Source of the DNA: an uncultured delta proteobacterium
GTDB taxonomy: Bacteria > Myxococcota_A > Polyangia > Polyangiales > Polyangiaceae
Reading direction: 5' to 3'
DNA length: 64,000 nt
Assembly: GCA_963827955.1 (NCBI GenBank)
Contig: CAWHDJ010000018.1
Coordinates: 1,373,297 to 1,437,296, forward strand
Positions 48,055 to 59,145 of this stretch are shown in pieces. The notes beneath the pieces are model-generated. The model was not told where the DNA came from and ran no database searches. It was given only the letters and a program-made list of their open reading frames with translations. Made by a program: the position numbers and the translations under genes. Each line of letters begins with the position of its first letter. Position 1 is the first letter of the stretch.

Positions 48055-49859
48055 ATGTCTCTCCGCTCCCGCGCCGCAACGGCACTCGCCTCCCGCCGCC
48101 TCCCCTGGGCCCTCGCCGCCCTCGCGGCCCTGCTCGTCACACCGGCGCTGGGGACGGGGCTCGTGGTCGACGACTACGTGATCCGCGCCATCGAGATCGG
48201 GGCCGTGCCGGTCCCCGGGACGCTCCGGCCCTTCGACGTCTTCCGCTTCACGGACGGATCCGACGTCCGCCGGCTCATGGAAGCGGGCATCGTCCCCTGG
48301 TGGACGTCGCCCGGGGTCCGGCTCGCGTTCTTCCGCCCGCTCTCCTCGGCGTCGCACTGGCTCGACTTCCAGCTCTTCCCCGGATCGCCGGTGGCGATGC
48401 ACGCGGTCTCCCTGGCGTGGCTCGCCGCGACGGTGGCCGTCGCGGCGTTGCTCTACCGGCGCCTGCTCGGCGCCGGGTGGGTGGCGGGCCTGGCCGCGCT
48501 CTTCTTCACGCTCGATCCGGGGCACGCGATCTCGGCGGGCTGGATAGCCGGGCGGAACACCGTGCTCGCAGCCTTCTTCGGGCTCTCGGCCGTGCTCGTC
48601 CACGATCGCGCCCGGCGCGATGGGGAGCGCTGGGCGTCCGTGGCGGCCCCGCTCCTCTCCGCCGCGAGCCTCGCCTCCGGCGAGTCGGGCCTGGCGACGT
48701 TCGCCCTCCTCTTCGCGCACGCCGTGGCCTTCGACGGCCCGCGCCTCGCGGCCCGCGTCCGCGCGCTCGCCCCGCACGCCGCCGTGGCGATCGCGTGGGC
48801 GGCCATCTACAAGGCGCACGGCTGCGGCGCGGCGCACAGCGCGATGTACAACGACCCGCTCGGCGCACCCGCCGACTTCGCGCGCGCCGCGCTCACGGGA
48901 ATCCCCATCAACCTGGGCTCGCGGCTCGGCGGCCCGCCGGCCGCGCTGTCGATGCTCTTCGCAGCGCGCATCCAGCCGGCGCTCGTCGCCGCCGAGCTCG
49001 CGTTCATCCTCTTCGCGGCGATCGCGTTCGTGCCCCTCCGGAAGGAGCCTGCCGCGCGGTTCTTCGTGGTGGCCGCGGTCCTCGCGGTCTTGCCAATCGC
49101 GGGCACCCTCCCGAACGATCGCAACCTCTTCCTCCTCGGCTTCGCCGCGCTGGGCTTCGAGGCCCTCGTGGTGAAACGTGCGGTCGAGCGACAATCGCTG
49201 CCGCTCCGCGCCTACGCCGGCTGGATCCTCTTCCTCACGCTCGTGGTGGCGCCCCCGCTCGCCCCGGCCAACTCGACCACCATGAACCTCTTCTCGCAGC
49301 TCTCGCGCGACCCGCTCTCCCGGGTGCTCCTCGACGAAGGGGTGTCCAGGAAGACGGTCGTCTTCGTCAACCCGCCCACGCAGTTCTTCGTCTCGCACCT
49401 CGCCGCGATGCGCGCGGGCACGGGAGCGCCCATCCCCCGCGGACGCGCGCCCTCGTGCCGGGCATTTACCCCGCGCGGGTCGCCCGCACGCGCGACGACC
49501 AGCTCACGGTGCACGTGGAGGGCGGGATCCTCCCGCCCGTGGGCACCTGGCCGGCGGGCGGCGGGGAGGCGCCGGCGGTGAAGTGGGAGTACAGCGGGCA
49601 GGCGCTGACGAGCTTCGCGCGCGGCGCGCGCGAGCCGATGCACGCCGGTGACGTCGTCGCGCTGGAGGGGGTGCGGGTCGAGGTGACCGCCCTCGCCGGG
49701 GACGGGGGCCCGAGCGACATGACCTTCACGTTCGACCGGCCGCTCGAGGATCCCGTCGCTGCGCTGGCTGGCGTGGCAGGGGGACGGGTACGTGCCGTTC
49801 GCGCTGCCGGCGGTCGGCGGCGCGGTGGACCTCGCGCCGGTGTCGATGGCGCCCCGGTG
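48055..49859 (+). CDS. large polytopic membrane protein of unknown function (two apparent frameshifts ~49440, ~49760)
   Basis: MSLRSRAATALASRRLPWALAALAALLV… with more than 12 hydrophobic segments. The C-terminus continues in other frames (…VHVEGGILPPVGTWPAGGGEAP… / …SLRWLAWQGDGYVPFALPAVGGAVDLAPVSMAPR*). Confidence 0.5.
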
Positions 49860-50057
49860 ACGACGCCCCGGTTACGCCGCCGTCACACCTGCGGCCCGGG
49901 GTGTGACGCTCGTCGCCCGCAACCGTTACGGTGCCGTCCCGGCTCTCCGCGCGAAATTGCTGGTGAAATGCGTTGGCCCGGCGGTTGCTTAGGGTCCGTC
50001 CCAGCGGCGCAACCGGAGGACAGCCCCCCGGGGCCGCATGGAAAAGGACGGCGTGTC

Positions 50058-50330
50058 ATGAAGCTCAATCGTGCCTGGCTTGCTGCGGCCGCTGCCGCCA
50101 TCGTGGTCGGTTCCGTGTCGGCGGTCGGCTTCGCCGGGTCGGACGATGAGAGCGACGACGCGGACACCGCGGCGACGGAGCAGGTGAGCCCGTCGAACGA
50201 CGACGGCGCGGCGACGACGACGGACAACATGGTCGGCGACAGCCAGTTCGGCGTCCACCATCGGCACCACCGCCACCACCACCACCACAGGCATCACCGC
50301 TTCTTCGTGCGGCACCTCTTCTGGCGCTGA
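50058..50330 (+). CDS. small secreted Asp-rich / His-rich protein (90 aa)
   Basis: MKLNRAWLAAAAAAIVVGSVSAVGFAGSDDESDDADTAATEQVSPSNDDGAATTTDNMVGDSQFGVHHRHHRHHHHHRHHRFFVRHLFWR*. SD-like AAGGACGG upstream. Confidence 0.5.
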   Translation: MKLNRAWLAAAAAAIVVGSVSAVGFAGSDDESDDADTAATEQVSPSNDDGAATTTDNMVGDSQFGVHHRHHRHHHHHRHHRFFVRHLFWR

Positions 50331-50377
50331 GCGCGGGCCGGTTGTGTCCCGCGCCCGCCCGGCGGATCCTCCGCCCG

Positions 50378-50980
50378 ATGAGCGCTCCGGACACTGGGTT
50401 CGTGGACCCCGACTGGCAAGCCCCCCTCGACGCCGAGGCCCAGATCGCGCAAACGCCGGAGAGCGGCGTCCTGAAGGGCCTCTTCTACCAGGACATCCTC
50501 GACACCTGCGCCGCCATGCAGGCGCGCGTCACGCCCGCGCGCCCGCGGTACCTGCCGTTCATCGACTACCCGATGCGCGAGTACCTGGACCTGCTCGTCC
50601 AGGCCGCGGGCGCCCTCCACCCGCGTGAGCCGCTGCGCAACGGCCTCCGCAGGATCGGCCGTCTGGCCTATCCCACGCTCGCCGGCACCCTCATCGGCCG
50701 CGCCATCTTCGGCATCGCAGGCCGCAACTTCGGCACCGTGCTCTCCGTGGCGTCGCGCGCCTACTCCGTCTCCCTCAAGCCCGGAGACGTCGAGCTCGCC
50801 GAGCGCTCCGAGGGACGCGGCATCGTCCACCTGCGCAACCTCTGGACGTTCCCGGACTCGTACCAGGTGGGCGTCTTCGAAGGGGCGCTGATCGCCGTCG
50901 GCGTCCGCGGCAAGGTGCTCGTGCGTGCGCTCTCGCGGTGCGACGCCGACTTCGAGGTGACCTGGGACGACAAGGGGTAG
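50378..50980 (+). CDS. DUF2378 / TIGR02265-like (Myxococcales paralogous family) protein
   Basis: …LKGLFYQDILDTCAAM…YLPFIDYPMREYLDLLVQAAGALHP…IAGRNFGTVLSVASRAYSV… recalled family pattern, not a database result. Confidence 0.55.
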   Translation: MSAPDTGFVDPDWQAPLDAEAQIAQTPESGVLKGLFYQDILDTCAAMQARVTPARPRYLPFIDYPMREYLDLLVQAAGALHPREPLRNGLRRIGRLAYPTLAGTLIGRAIFGIAGRNFGTVLSVASRAYSVSLKPGDVELAERSEGRGIVHLRNLWTFPDSYQVGVFEGALIAVGVRGKVLVRALSRCDADFEVTWDDKG

Positions 50981-50992
50981 GCTCGCTCGCGC

Positions 50993-52306
50993 ATGGGCCT
51001 GCTCCGGCTCTCCCTTCGCTTCCTCCGCATCGCGCTGGTCTTCGCCCTCGCGGCGATCGGCTATGCCTGGGCCCGCGTCCGCGCGGGGCGCCTCAATCAG
51101 GCCGGGCTCGAGGCGCTGCGTGGCGGGCGCATCGCCGCGGTCCTGGAGCGGCTCGGGGCGACGTTCATCAAGTTCGGCCAAATCCTCAGCACGCGGCCCG
51201 ACCTGCTCGGCCCCGGCTACACCACCCAGCTCGCGCGCCTCCAGGACGCCGTGCCGCCCGCGCCCTTCGCCGTGGTCGAGGCCGTCCTCGCCGCCGAGCT
51301 CGACGCCACCGCCCGCGCCCGCCTCGCCTGGATCGATCCCACGCCGATCGCCGCCGCCTCCGTGGCCCAGGTCCACGGCGCCCGGCTCGACACCGGAGAG
51401 GCCGTGGCGCTGAAGGTCCAGCGCCCGGAGGCCGAGGCGCAGATCGAGCGCAATCTCGCCATCCTCGGTTTTTGCGCCCGGCTTGCCAATCGGGTGCCGT
51501 CTGTCCGCCTTCTCTCGCTCCCGGGCGCCGCCGCGCGCTTCGGCGAGGCGCTCCGGGGCCAGCTCGACTTCCGGAAGGAGGCGGAGAACAACCGCCGCTT
51601 CGCCGCCAACTTCGCCGGCGTCCCGGGGCTGGGCGTACCCCGCCTCTTCCCGGAGATCTGCTCGCGCCGGGTGCTGGGGATGGAGCTCGTCGCCGGGGGC
51701 AAGGCCACGGACCCGCGGGACGTCGCGCGCGTCGGTGGGGATCCGAAGGCGCTCGCCCGCGTGGGGGGCGAGGCCATCCTGAAGATGGTCTTCGTCGACG
51801 GCTTCGTGCACGCCGACCTGCACCCGGGCAACATCCTGCTCGGCGAGGACGGGCGGCTCGTCCTCATCGATCTCGGGATGGTGACCGACATCCCGCCCGA
51901 CCTCCAGCGGGTCTGGGTCGAGACCTTCGTCTCGCTCTCCCAGGCCGACTTCGTGCGGACGGCCTCGCTCTTCTACGGCTACGCGCCGAGCGTCGGCACC
52001 ACCCGCTACTCCGACTTCGAGCGCGACGTCGCCGCGTACCTCGAGAAACTGTACGGCAAGAGCCTGGGTGAGGTGGAGGTGGGCCCGGCCGTGAGCGGGA
52101 TGATGAACGTCCTGCGCAAGCACCAGGTTCAGGTGGATCCCGAGCTTCACCGTGGTGCACGTGGCGCTGCTGGTCGCCGAGGGCCTTGGCAAGCAGCTCG
52201 ACCCCGACATCGACATGATCGCGCTCGCGGCGCCCTACCTGATGACGGCGATGGTCTCCTCCCCGACTCCGCGCCCGCCCAACCGGCCGACCCCCTCGTC
52301 TGGTTG
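50993..52306 (+). CDS. UbiB/ABC1-family atypical kinase (frameshift ~52145)
   Basis: …LGATFIKFGQILSTRPDLLGPGYTTQLARLQDAVPP…VHADLHPGNILLGEDGRLVLIDLGMV… then C-terminal TM region …FTVVHVALLVAEGLGKQLDPDIDMIALAAPYLM… in the next frame. Confidence 0.7.
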
Positions 52307-52343
52307 ATCGGCCACGTCGTCCGGCTCGCGGCGGGCGCTTCCG

Positions 52344-54959
52344 TCAAGGCTCCGGGGCAGGGGCTCGGGGCACCTGGACGTCGCCGACGTCGGTCGTGCC
52401 TCCGCCGTCCTGCACCACGATCGGCACGTTCACGGGCCCGAAGCCCGGCTCCCTGGAGTACGCGGTCAGGGTCCAGCTCCCGGGCAGCACGCCCTCGAGG
52501 TGAAAGCTCCCATCCGGGCCGCTCACGGCCTCGCGGCCGTTGCCCGTCATGATCACGACATCGCTGTTCCCGTTCACGCCGAGCACCATGCCGCCGATCG
52601 GCGCGCCGCCCTCGGCCGGCACGAGCCGCCCCTCGACGGTCCCGCGCAGCGCGAGCACCAGCGCGACACCGCTCTTCTGCTCCCCCTCGGCGAGCGTCAC
52701 GTCGGCCGTCGCGTGCCCGAGCGGCGTATCCGCGACGAGCTTGTAACTGCCCGCCGGAAGATCGTGCACCATGAACTCGCCGCCCGCGTGGAAGAAGAGC
52801 TCCTCGCGGTAGAAGCTGCCGGCCGCCGAGCGCGCCGTGACGTAGAAGCGCTCGATCGGCGCGCCGTTGGCCGAGAGCGTCCCGGCGATCGACCCGCCCG
52901 CTTCGAGCTTGATCACGAGGTCGCGCGTGCCGGGCTTCACGTGATCGGCGACCGCCTCGTTGCCGCCCTTCCTGGACGCGCGCACGCCGTAGTCGCCGTC
53001 GGCGAGGCCCTCGATCGTGAAGTGGCCGTCCGTGTCCGTGACGATCGGCGCGTGGCCCGAGTCGTAGCGCGGCACCAGGGCGCCCATGCCCCCGGACGAG
53101 AAGTCGATGAAGGCGTCCGTCACCGGCGCGCCCGTGCCGTCGATCACGCGCCCCTGGATCACCCCGCTCCGCGCCTCGACCGTGAGCGTCACCTTCGCGT
53201 GCTCCCCGGCGGCGACCGTGGCCTTGGCCGTGTGGTCATCCTTCGGCTCCCCCGGCTGGCGCATCTCCTGGACGTTCACCTCGTAGTCGCCGGGCGAGAG
53301 GCCGGCCAGCGAGAAGGTCCCGTCGTCGGCCGAGATCGTGAAGTCCCTGCCCGGCCCCGAGGCGAAGACCCGCACGCCCGCGACGGGCCGGTGATCGGCG
53401 TCCTCCACGACCCCGTCGATGACGCCCGCGGCGGGCAGCTCGATCCGGACGTGCTCCTCCCGGTCCAGCGAGGTCGTGATCGTCTTGCGAGCCTCGCCCC
53501 CCTCGGAGATCCGGACCGAGATGTTGTACTCGCCCGCCTTGAGCCCTCCGACGTGGAAGGTCCCGTCCGCCTCGGGGTGCTCCGCGTACCCGAAGGGCAG
53601 GTCGGGGCCCATCCCGTTGGCGTACACGGTGCCCTTCGTGACGGGCCGCCCCTCCGAATCGACGACCTCCACCACGACCCTCGCGCCGGCGTCGACCTGC
53701 CAGGTCAGCGGGGCCATGTCCTTGTCCGCGACGATGACCTGGGGGTAATCGTCGCGCGGCACGTGATCCTGGCAGCTCACCTGGACGCGGTACGTGCCGG
53801 GGATGACGCTCGGCATGCGCGCCCAGCCGTCGGGATCGATCGCCGCCTGGGAGTACTCGTTCTGCTTCCGGTCCGTGATGGTGACCTGGCCGCCCTTGCA
53901 CGGCTCGCCGGTGGCCTTGTCGACGACGCGGCCCTTCACGAGGTACGCGGGGTCGAGCTCGACCAGGACCTCGGACGAAGTCTCGCCCATCGCGATCGTG
54001 GTGCTCACCTTCGAGTAGCCCTCCCGCCCCTCGGAGGTCGCCTCGACGCGGTACCGGCCCGGCAAGAGGCCGTCGATCCGGAACCGCCCCTCCTCGTCGG
54101 TCCGCGCCGACGCCCGCATCCAGGACCCCTCCACCTGGATGCCTTCCACGAAGACGTCGGCAACGGGCTCGTCTTTTCCGGCGATCACCGTGCGCCCCAC
54201 GAGCGTCCCACCGGGCACGAGGTGGATGGCGAAGAAGTGCGTCGGCGCGGTGCCGTACGCCGACCCGGCCGCGTAGCCGGCCGCCGTCGCCTCGACGCTG
54301 GTATGGCCGGGCTGGACCCAGAGCGTGAACGCGCCCTTCGCGTCGCTGACCGTCACGGAGCGGTTCGGCCCGTCCTCGCTCACCACGAGCGCCCCGGAGA
54401 CGGCGCCGCCCGTGACGTCGCTCACGCTGCCCTGGAGCGGCACGCCGGCGTGGCCCAGGACGAGGTCGACCCCGGTGCGCTGCTCCCCCTCGACCAGGCG
54501 GATCGCCGCCGCGCCCTTCGGGTCGTGGTAGCCGACCGGCGCGAACCTGGGCGCGAAGGCGCTGATCGTCAGCGGCGTGGCCGGGAGCAGATCGCCGAGG
54601 GCGTAGGCCCCCGCGTCGTCCACCTTCGCGCAGCGCGGCGCCGCCTGCGCCGTGACCACGGCGTGCTCCATCATGGCCCACGTGCAGACCTGGGCCGATT
54701 GGACCGGTTTGCCGTCACGGTCGAGCACGTGCCCGGAGATCCCCGCGTGGGGCCGCGCCGCCGGGTCGGCGCGCCGGTGCGAACCGTGCGCGTGGGCGGC
54801 GGGCGACGAGGACGCGCCCGGGGCCGAGGGCTGCGCCGGTTTGCCACGGCGAAGCACGAACAGGGCCAGGCAAGCGAGCGCCACCGCGGCGCCGAGGAGG
54901 AGCCCGTAGCGCAGCGAGGGCCATCGCGGAGACGGAGCAGGTGCGTTCTTCGTGGGCAT
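52344..54959 (-). CDS. membrane-anchored protein with ~8 tandem carboxypeptidase-regulatory-like (CarbopepD_reg / Cna-B-like) beta-sandwich repeats (871 aa)
   Basis: N-terminal TM anchor LLLGAAVALACLALFVL, then repeated ~80-aa modules with G-x-V-x-D…G-x-Y-x-V…. Intact ORF. Confidence 0.75.
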   Translation of the reverse strand: MPTKNAPAPSPRWPSLRYGLLLGAAVALACLALFVLRRGKPAQPSAPGASSSPAAHAHGSHRRADPAARPHAGISGHVLDRDGKPVQSAQVCTWAMMEHAVVTAQAAPRCAKVDDAGAYALGDLLPATPLTISAFAPRFAPVGYHDPKGAAAIRLVEGEQRTGVDLVLGHAGVPLQGSVSDVTGGAVSGALVVSEDGPNRSVTVSDAKGAFTLWVQPGHTSVEATAAGYAAGSAYGTAPTHFFAIHLVPGGTLVGRTVIAGKDEPVADVFVEGIQVEGSWMRASARTDEEGRFRIDGLLPGRYRVEATSEGREGYSKVSTTIAMGETSSEVLVELDPAYLVKGRVVDKATGEPCKGGQVTITDRKQNEYSQAAIDPDGWARMPSVIPGTYRVQVSCQDHVPRDDYPQVIVADKDMAPLTWQVDAGARVVVEVVDSEGRPVTKGTVYANGMGPDLPFGYAEHPEADGTFHVGGLKAGEYNISVRISEGGEARKTITTSLDREEHVRIELPAAGVIDGVVEDADHRPVAGVRVFASGPGRDFTISADDGTFSLAGLSPGDYEVNVQEMRQPGEPKDDHTAKATVAAGEHAKVTLTVEARSGVIQGRVIDGTGAPVTDAFIDFSSGGMGALVPRYDSGHAPIVTDTDGHFTIEGLADGDYGVRASRKGGNEAVADHVKPGTRDLVIKLEAGGSIAGTLSANGAPIERFYVTARSAAGSFYREELFFHAGGEFMVHDLPAGSYKLVADTPLGHATADVTLAEGEQKSGVALVLALRGTVEGRLVPAEGGAPIGGMVLGVNGNSDVVIMTGNGREAVSGPDGSFHLEGVLPGSWTLTAYSREPGFGPVNVPIVVQDGGGTTDVGDVQVPRAPAPEP

Positions 54960-55218
54960 GGCTTCCGGAGGGGGCGTGGTGGCGACGAAAGTTCCCTACG
55001 ATCGTAGCGCGTAGACAATCTCGGCCCCGGTCGTCTTGGCCCCGGGGTGCGCGCTGCACCGAGAGAACGCGCGGTCCCCCGGCGTTCTTTCATGGATGCC
55101 GCCGGGAGGCCGCCCCCCGGGCGGCGGATGCGGGCCGATCGCCCCTGGGAGGGCGCCGGGGCCCGCTGAAGCGCGCTGCCGCATGGGCATTGGCGTGCGG
55201 GAGCGCTCCACAAACGCC

Positions 55219-55385
55219 ATCCTAACCGCTCCCTTCGCAATCCGCCGAAGGCAGGCTCGCGGAGGGAGCGGGGGCTTCAGTCGTCATCCACACCGCTACA
55301 GTGAAGACGGCGCCTTTTTCCGACCAGCGGCCCCCGCTTCCTCCGCGTCCCGCCTTCGGCGGGACGCTCCGGGCGCGGTTAGGAT
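55219..55385. repeat. MITE1 copy 2
   Basis: ATCCTAACCGCTCCC…GGAGGGAGCGGGGGC … CGGCCCCCGCTTCCTCCGCGTCCCGCCTTCGGCGGGACGCTCCGGGCGCGGTTAGGAT. Lies in a divergent intergenic region. Confidence 0.8.
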
Positions 55386-55416
55386 TTCGAGGGCGGCGCC
55401 GGGGTATGCTCCGCCG

Positions 55417-56277
55417 ATGTCCGCTCGACCTTTCGGCGCGCAGAGCATGACGGCGCCCCTCCGCGAGGTCCTCGTCAAGCGGCCGGGCCCCGCCTTCGGG
55501 CGCGCCTTCGACGACCCCGCGCACGGTTTCCTCCGCCCCGTCGACCTCGCCCGTGCCCAGCGCGAGCACGACGCGCTCCGCGCCCTGCTCGAGCGCCTCG
55601 GCGTCGTCGTCCACGAGCTCGGCGTCGAGACCGAGAGCCCGGACCTGGTCTACACCTTCGATCCGGCGCTGGTCACCGGCCGCGGCGCCGTCCTCCTCCG
55701 GTCCGGCAAGGCCAACCGGAGAGGCGAGGAGCAGGCGCTCGGCCGCTGGCTCGAAGGGCATGACATCCCCATCGCCGGCCGCATCGAGGCGCCCGGCACG
55801 GTCGACGGCGGGGACACCTTCTGGCTGCGCCCCGATCTGCTCTGCGTCGGGCGATCGCTGCGCACCAACCGCGCGGGAGCGCAGCAACTCGCGGCGATCG
55901 TCGGCGGCGACGTCCGGACGTTCGACGTGCCCTACGGCAACGGCCCGGGCGAGTGCCTGCACTTGCTCAGCCTGATCTCGCCGGTCGCCGACGACCTCGC
56001 GGTCGCGCACCTCCCCCAGCTCCCGGCCGGGCTCCACGAGCTGCTCGGGGATCTCGGCGTGCGCATCGTGCCGGTGCCCACCGAGGAGATGGCGACGCTC
56101 GGCTGCAACGTGCTGGCCGTGCGCCCGAGGGTCGTGATCATGGCGGAGGGGAACCCGCGGACCGAGCGCGCGCTGCGCGACGCGGGCTGCGAGGTTCACC
56201 CGTTCGCGGCGGGCGAGGTGGGGGTGAACGGGGGCGGCGGCCCGACCTGCCTCACGCGGCCGCTCCTGCGGGGATGA
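55417..56277 (+). CDS. amidinotransferase-superfamily enzyme (dimethylarginine dimethylaminohydrolase / arginine-deiminase-like)
   Basis: …GTVDGGDTFWLRPDLLCVGRSLRTN…GECLHLLSLISPV…GGGGPTCLTRPLLRG* ends with the family's Cys nucleophile region. Confidence 0.65.
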   Translation: MSARPFGAQSMTAPLREVLVKRPGPAFGRAFDDPAHGFLRPVDLARAQREHDALRALLERLGVVVHELGVETESPDLVYTFDPALVTGRGAVLLRSGKANRRGEEQALGRWLEGHDIPIAGRIEAPGTVDGGDTFWLRPDLLCVGRSLRTNRAGAQQLAAIVGGDVRTFDVPYGNGPGECLHLLSLISPVADDLAVAHLPQLPAGLHELLGDLGVRIVPVPTEEMATLGCNVLAVRPRVVIMAEGNPRTERALRDAGCEVHPFAAGEVGVNGGGGPTCLTRPLLRG

Positions 56278-56280
56278 GCC

Positions 56281-57492
56281 TCACCGCGCGACCGTGCGCG
56301 ACCACATCTGCATCATCGTGCGCACCACCTCGCCGCTCGGCGGGGGCGCCATCGGTGGGATGTCCATCCGCACCCCGCGGTCCGCGAGGCGGTTGAACGG
56401 GTTCTGCGCGTCCGGCGTCCTGAGCGGCACGGCGAGATCCGCGGGGCGGAAGCCGTAGCTCAGGGCCATCTCCTGCACCGGGCGGCTCCGGAGCCAGCCC
56501 ACGAAGGTGCGCGCGGCGGCGTGCTGCGCGTCGGTGACCCAGGGCGCGGTGACCATGTCGACGGGGTGGTCGCTCCAGAGCGTGTTGGCCGGGTAGTACA
56601 CCCGGAGCTTGCCCCAGCGGCCGTCGGCGGTGCCGATGTGGGAGAGCGCCACGCTCTCGTACACGACGGCGACGTCGTACTTCGACGGACCGAAGCGGAG
56701 CATGTCCGTCATGAAGGCGTCGGTCGACGGCTCCAGCGTGGGCACGCCCTTCTCCACCTCGCGGACGAAGCCCTGGAAGGCGGGCCGGAGCAGGTCGGAG
56801 ACCTCGATCCCGCCGCGCTTTCCGTAGTAGTCGAGGCTCATCGCATAGAGCGCCTGGAGCCCCGAGTTCGACCGCATCGGGTCGGAGTGGCCGACCTTCA
56901 CGAACCCCCACGATGCGCTGCCGCCGAGGGCGGGCCAGCCCTCGGGCGCGGTGACGCCCGCGTGCAGCGTGCGCCACCCCAGGTTGCCGCCCGAGGCCTT
57001 GAGGAGCGCGGCGCCGCGATCCTCCCACGCCACGAACACGAGCGGGGTGATGACCAGCGGCTGGGGCGCGTCCTCGCCGCTCGTCGCGAAGAGGTCGGCC
57101 TGGTGCCTCGCCCTGTAGTCCGCGGCGACGAGGTTCTGCACCAGCGAGTCGGCCGGGCTGAAGAGCGTGGGCTTCTCCTTGCCGTCCTCGATGGCGCGCG
57201 CCATGTCGAGCGAGCCCATCGCCGTGAGCGTGACGCGGATCGAAGGGTGCGTGTGCTGGAACGTCGTGGCCGCGGCCTCGACCCACGCCTTCTTCTCGGA
57301 GCTGTAGAGCATCGAGATCTCGGTGACGGCGGGCGGAGCTGCCGGCGGCGTCGCGGCGGCCTTCGCCTCCGCCGTGAGCGGCGTGGGCACCGGCTCGGCG
57401 TGGGCGGCGCGCTGCCTGCACCCGGCGTCGAAGAGGGCGAGAAGGGCGGCGGCCGCGAGGCCGACGGCGCGGAGGTCGAGCGGAGTCGTCAT
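56281..57492 (-). CDS. extracellular solute-binding lipoprotein
   Basis: Signal plus lipobox (LLALFDAGC), periplasmic binding-protein-like fold, intact 403 aa. Confidence 0.65.
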   Translation of the reverse strand: MTTPLDLRAVGLAAAALLALFDAGCRQRAAHAEPVPTPLTAEAKAAATPPAAPPAVTEISMLYSSEKKAWVEAAATTFQHTHPSIRVTLTAMGSLDMARAIEDGKEKPTLFSPADSLVQNLVAADYRARHQADLFATSGEDAPQPLVITPLVFVAWEDRGAALLKASGGNLGWRTLHAGVTAPEGWPALGGSASWGFVKVGHSDPMRSNSGLQALYAMSLDYYGKRGGIEVSDLLRPAFQGFVREVEKGVPTLEPSTDAFMTDMLRFGPSKYDVAVVYESVALSHIGTADGRWGKLRVYYPANTLWSDHPVDMVTAPWVTDAQHAAARTFVGWLRSRPVQEMALSYGFRPADLAVPLRTPDAQNPFNRLADRGVRMDIPPMAPPPSGEVVRTMMQMWSRTVAR

Positions 57493-57614
57493 GATCCACC
57501 TCCCGTGGTGTTTTTCTTCGTTTTCCCCTGAAGAGAACGTTGGGACGCCGCTTGTCGGGACCGTGACGACAAAGGCTCGGCGCGGCGTCGACGCGCATGG
57601 AGTAGAGTCGGCGC

Positions 57615-59115
57615 ATGCTGCTCACACGGGCCGAATCCACCGGATTCCGCGAGACCTCCCTCCACGCCGACGTCATGCGCTTCGTCTGCGCGCTCGACGA
57701 CCGCCGCGACCCGCGACTCCGCCTGTCGATGTTCGGGATGAGCCTGGGCGGCCTCGAGCTGCCGCTGCTCGTCCTCTCCAAGGACGGCGTCCGCACGCCC
57801 GCGGAGGCGCGGCGCACGGGGCGCCCGGTCGTACTGATGCTCGACGGGATCCACCCCGGCGAGGTCGAGGGCAAGGAGGCGAGCCTCGCGCTCGTCCGCG
57901 ACATGCTCGACAACAAGCACCCCGCCTGGCTCGACGAGATTGTCTTGCTCGTGGTGCCGCTCTTCAACCCCGACGGCAACGACGCGCTCGACCCGGCGAA
58001 CCGCCGCCTCGACCTGAAGAAGCTCAGCGGCCAGCGCGGCCCGGTCGTGGGCACCCGCACCCAGAGCGCGGGAATCAACCTCAACCGCGACTACCTCCGC
58101 CAGGCCGCGCCCGAGATGCGCATGCTCCAGCAGCAGGTCTGCCTCCCCTGGGCGCCCGATCTCACCATCGACAACCACGCGACCAACGGCTCGGTGCACC
58201 GCTTCCAGATGACGGTCGACGTGCCGCACACGATCGAGTCCGGCCGGGCCGAGCCCATCGCGTTCATGCGTGATCGCGTGGTCCCCGAGGTGATGGCGGC
58301 CGTGAAGAGGCGGGGCTTCGAGAGCGGCTGGTACGGCAACTTCGTGGAGGACGAGCGCGTGCTCGACGCGGACGGCGAGGTCGATCCCGACTCCCCGGTC
58401 GGCCTCGGCTGGATGACGTACCCGCACCACCCGCGCTTCGGGTCCAACTACCGCGGCCTCACCAACCGGCTCGACGTCCTGCTCGAGTGCTACAGCTACC
58501 TGCCGTTCGAGGAGCGCGTGGCGACCGCGTTCGGCCTGGCAGATCGAGCTCTTGACCTGGGCCGCCGCGCACGCCGCCGACATCCGCGAGGTCGTGGCGC
58601 GGAGCGCGCGGCCGCCGGAGAAGGTCGCCGTGCGCTACCGGCTCGAAGCCACGGACGCGCCCGTCGACGTGCTCACCTACCGCCCGCGCACCTTCGAGGG
58701 GGAGCCCGTCACGCTGCGGCTCCCGCACCACGCCCGCTTCGTCGGGACCACCGTGGTGGCGCGGCCCGGCGCGTACCTCGTCCCGCCGGCCATCGCCGAG
58801 CACCTCCGGCTGCACGGCCTCCGGGTCGACCCCGCCGACGGCGTGCACGACGTCGAGGTCGCGCGCGTGACCACGGTGGGGACCGAGGGCGGGCGCGCCA
58901 TCCTGGAGGCGGGGAAGGTGGGCGAGGTGAGCGTGGCGTGGCGGGAGGAGGCGCGGCGCGTGCCCGAGGGCTGGTCGCGGGTCGACACGGATCAACCGCT
59001 CGGCGCCATCGCCGTCTACCTCTGCGAGCCCGAGAGCGACGACGGGGTGGTGGAGAACGGCGTCGTGCCCGCGCCCGCCGTCGGCGACGAGCACCCCGCC
59101 TGGCGCCTGCGCTGA
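57615..59115 (+). CDS. M14-family zinc carboxypeptidase (frameshift ~58550)
   Basis: …MLDGIHPGEVEGKEASLAL… (HxxE zinc ligands) …NLNRDY… and the C-terminal domain in another frame (…WAAAHAADIREVVARSARPPEKVAVRY…). Confidence 0.65.
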
Positions 59116-59145
59116 GCGGGCTCCCGTGGTATGGCGCCACCCGTC

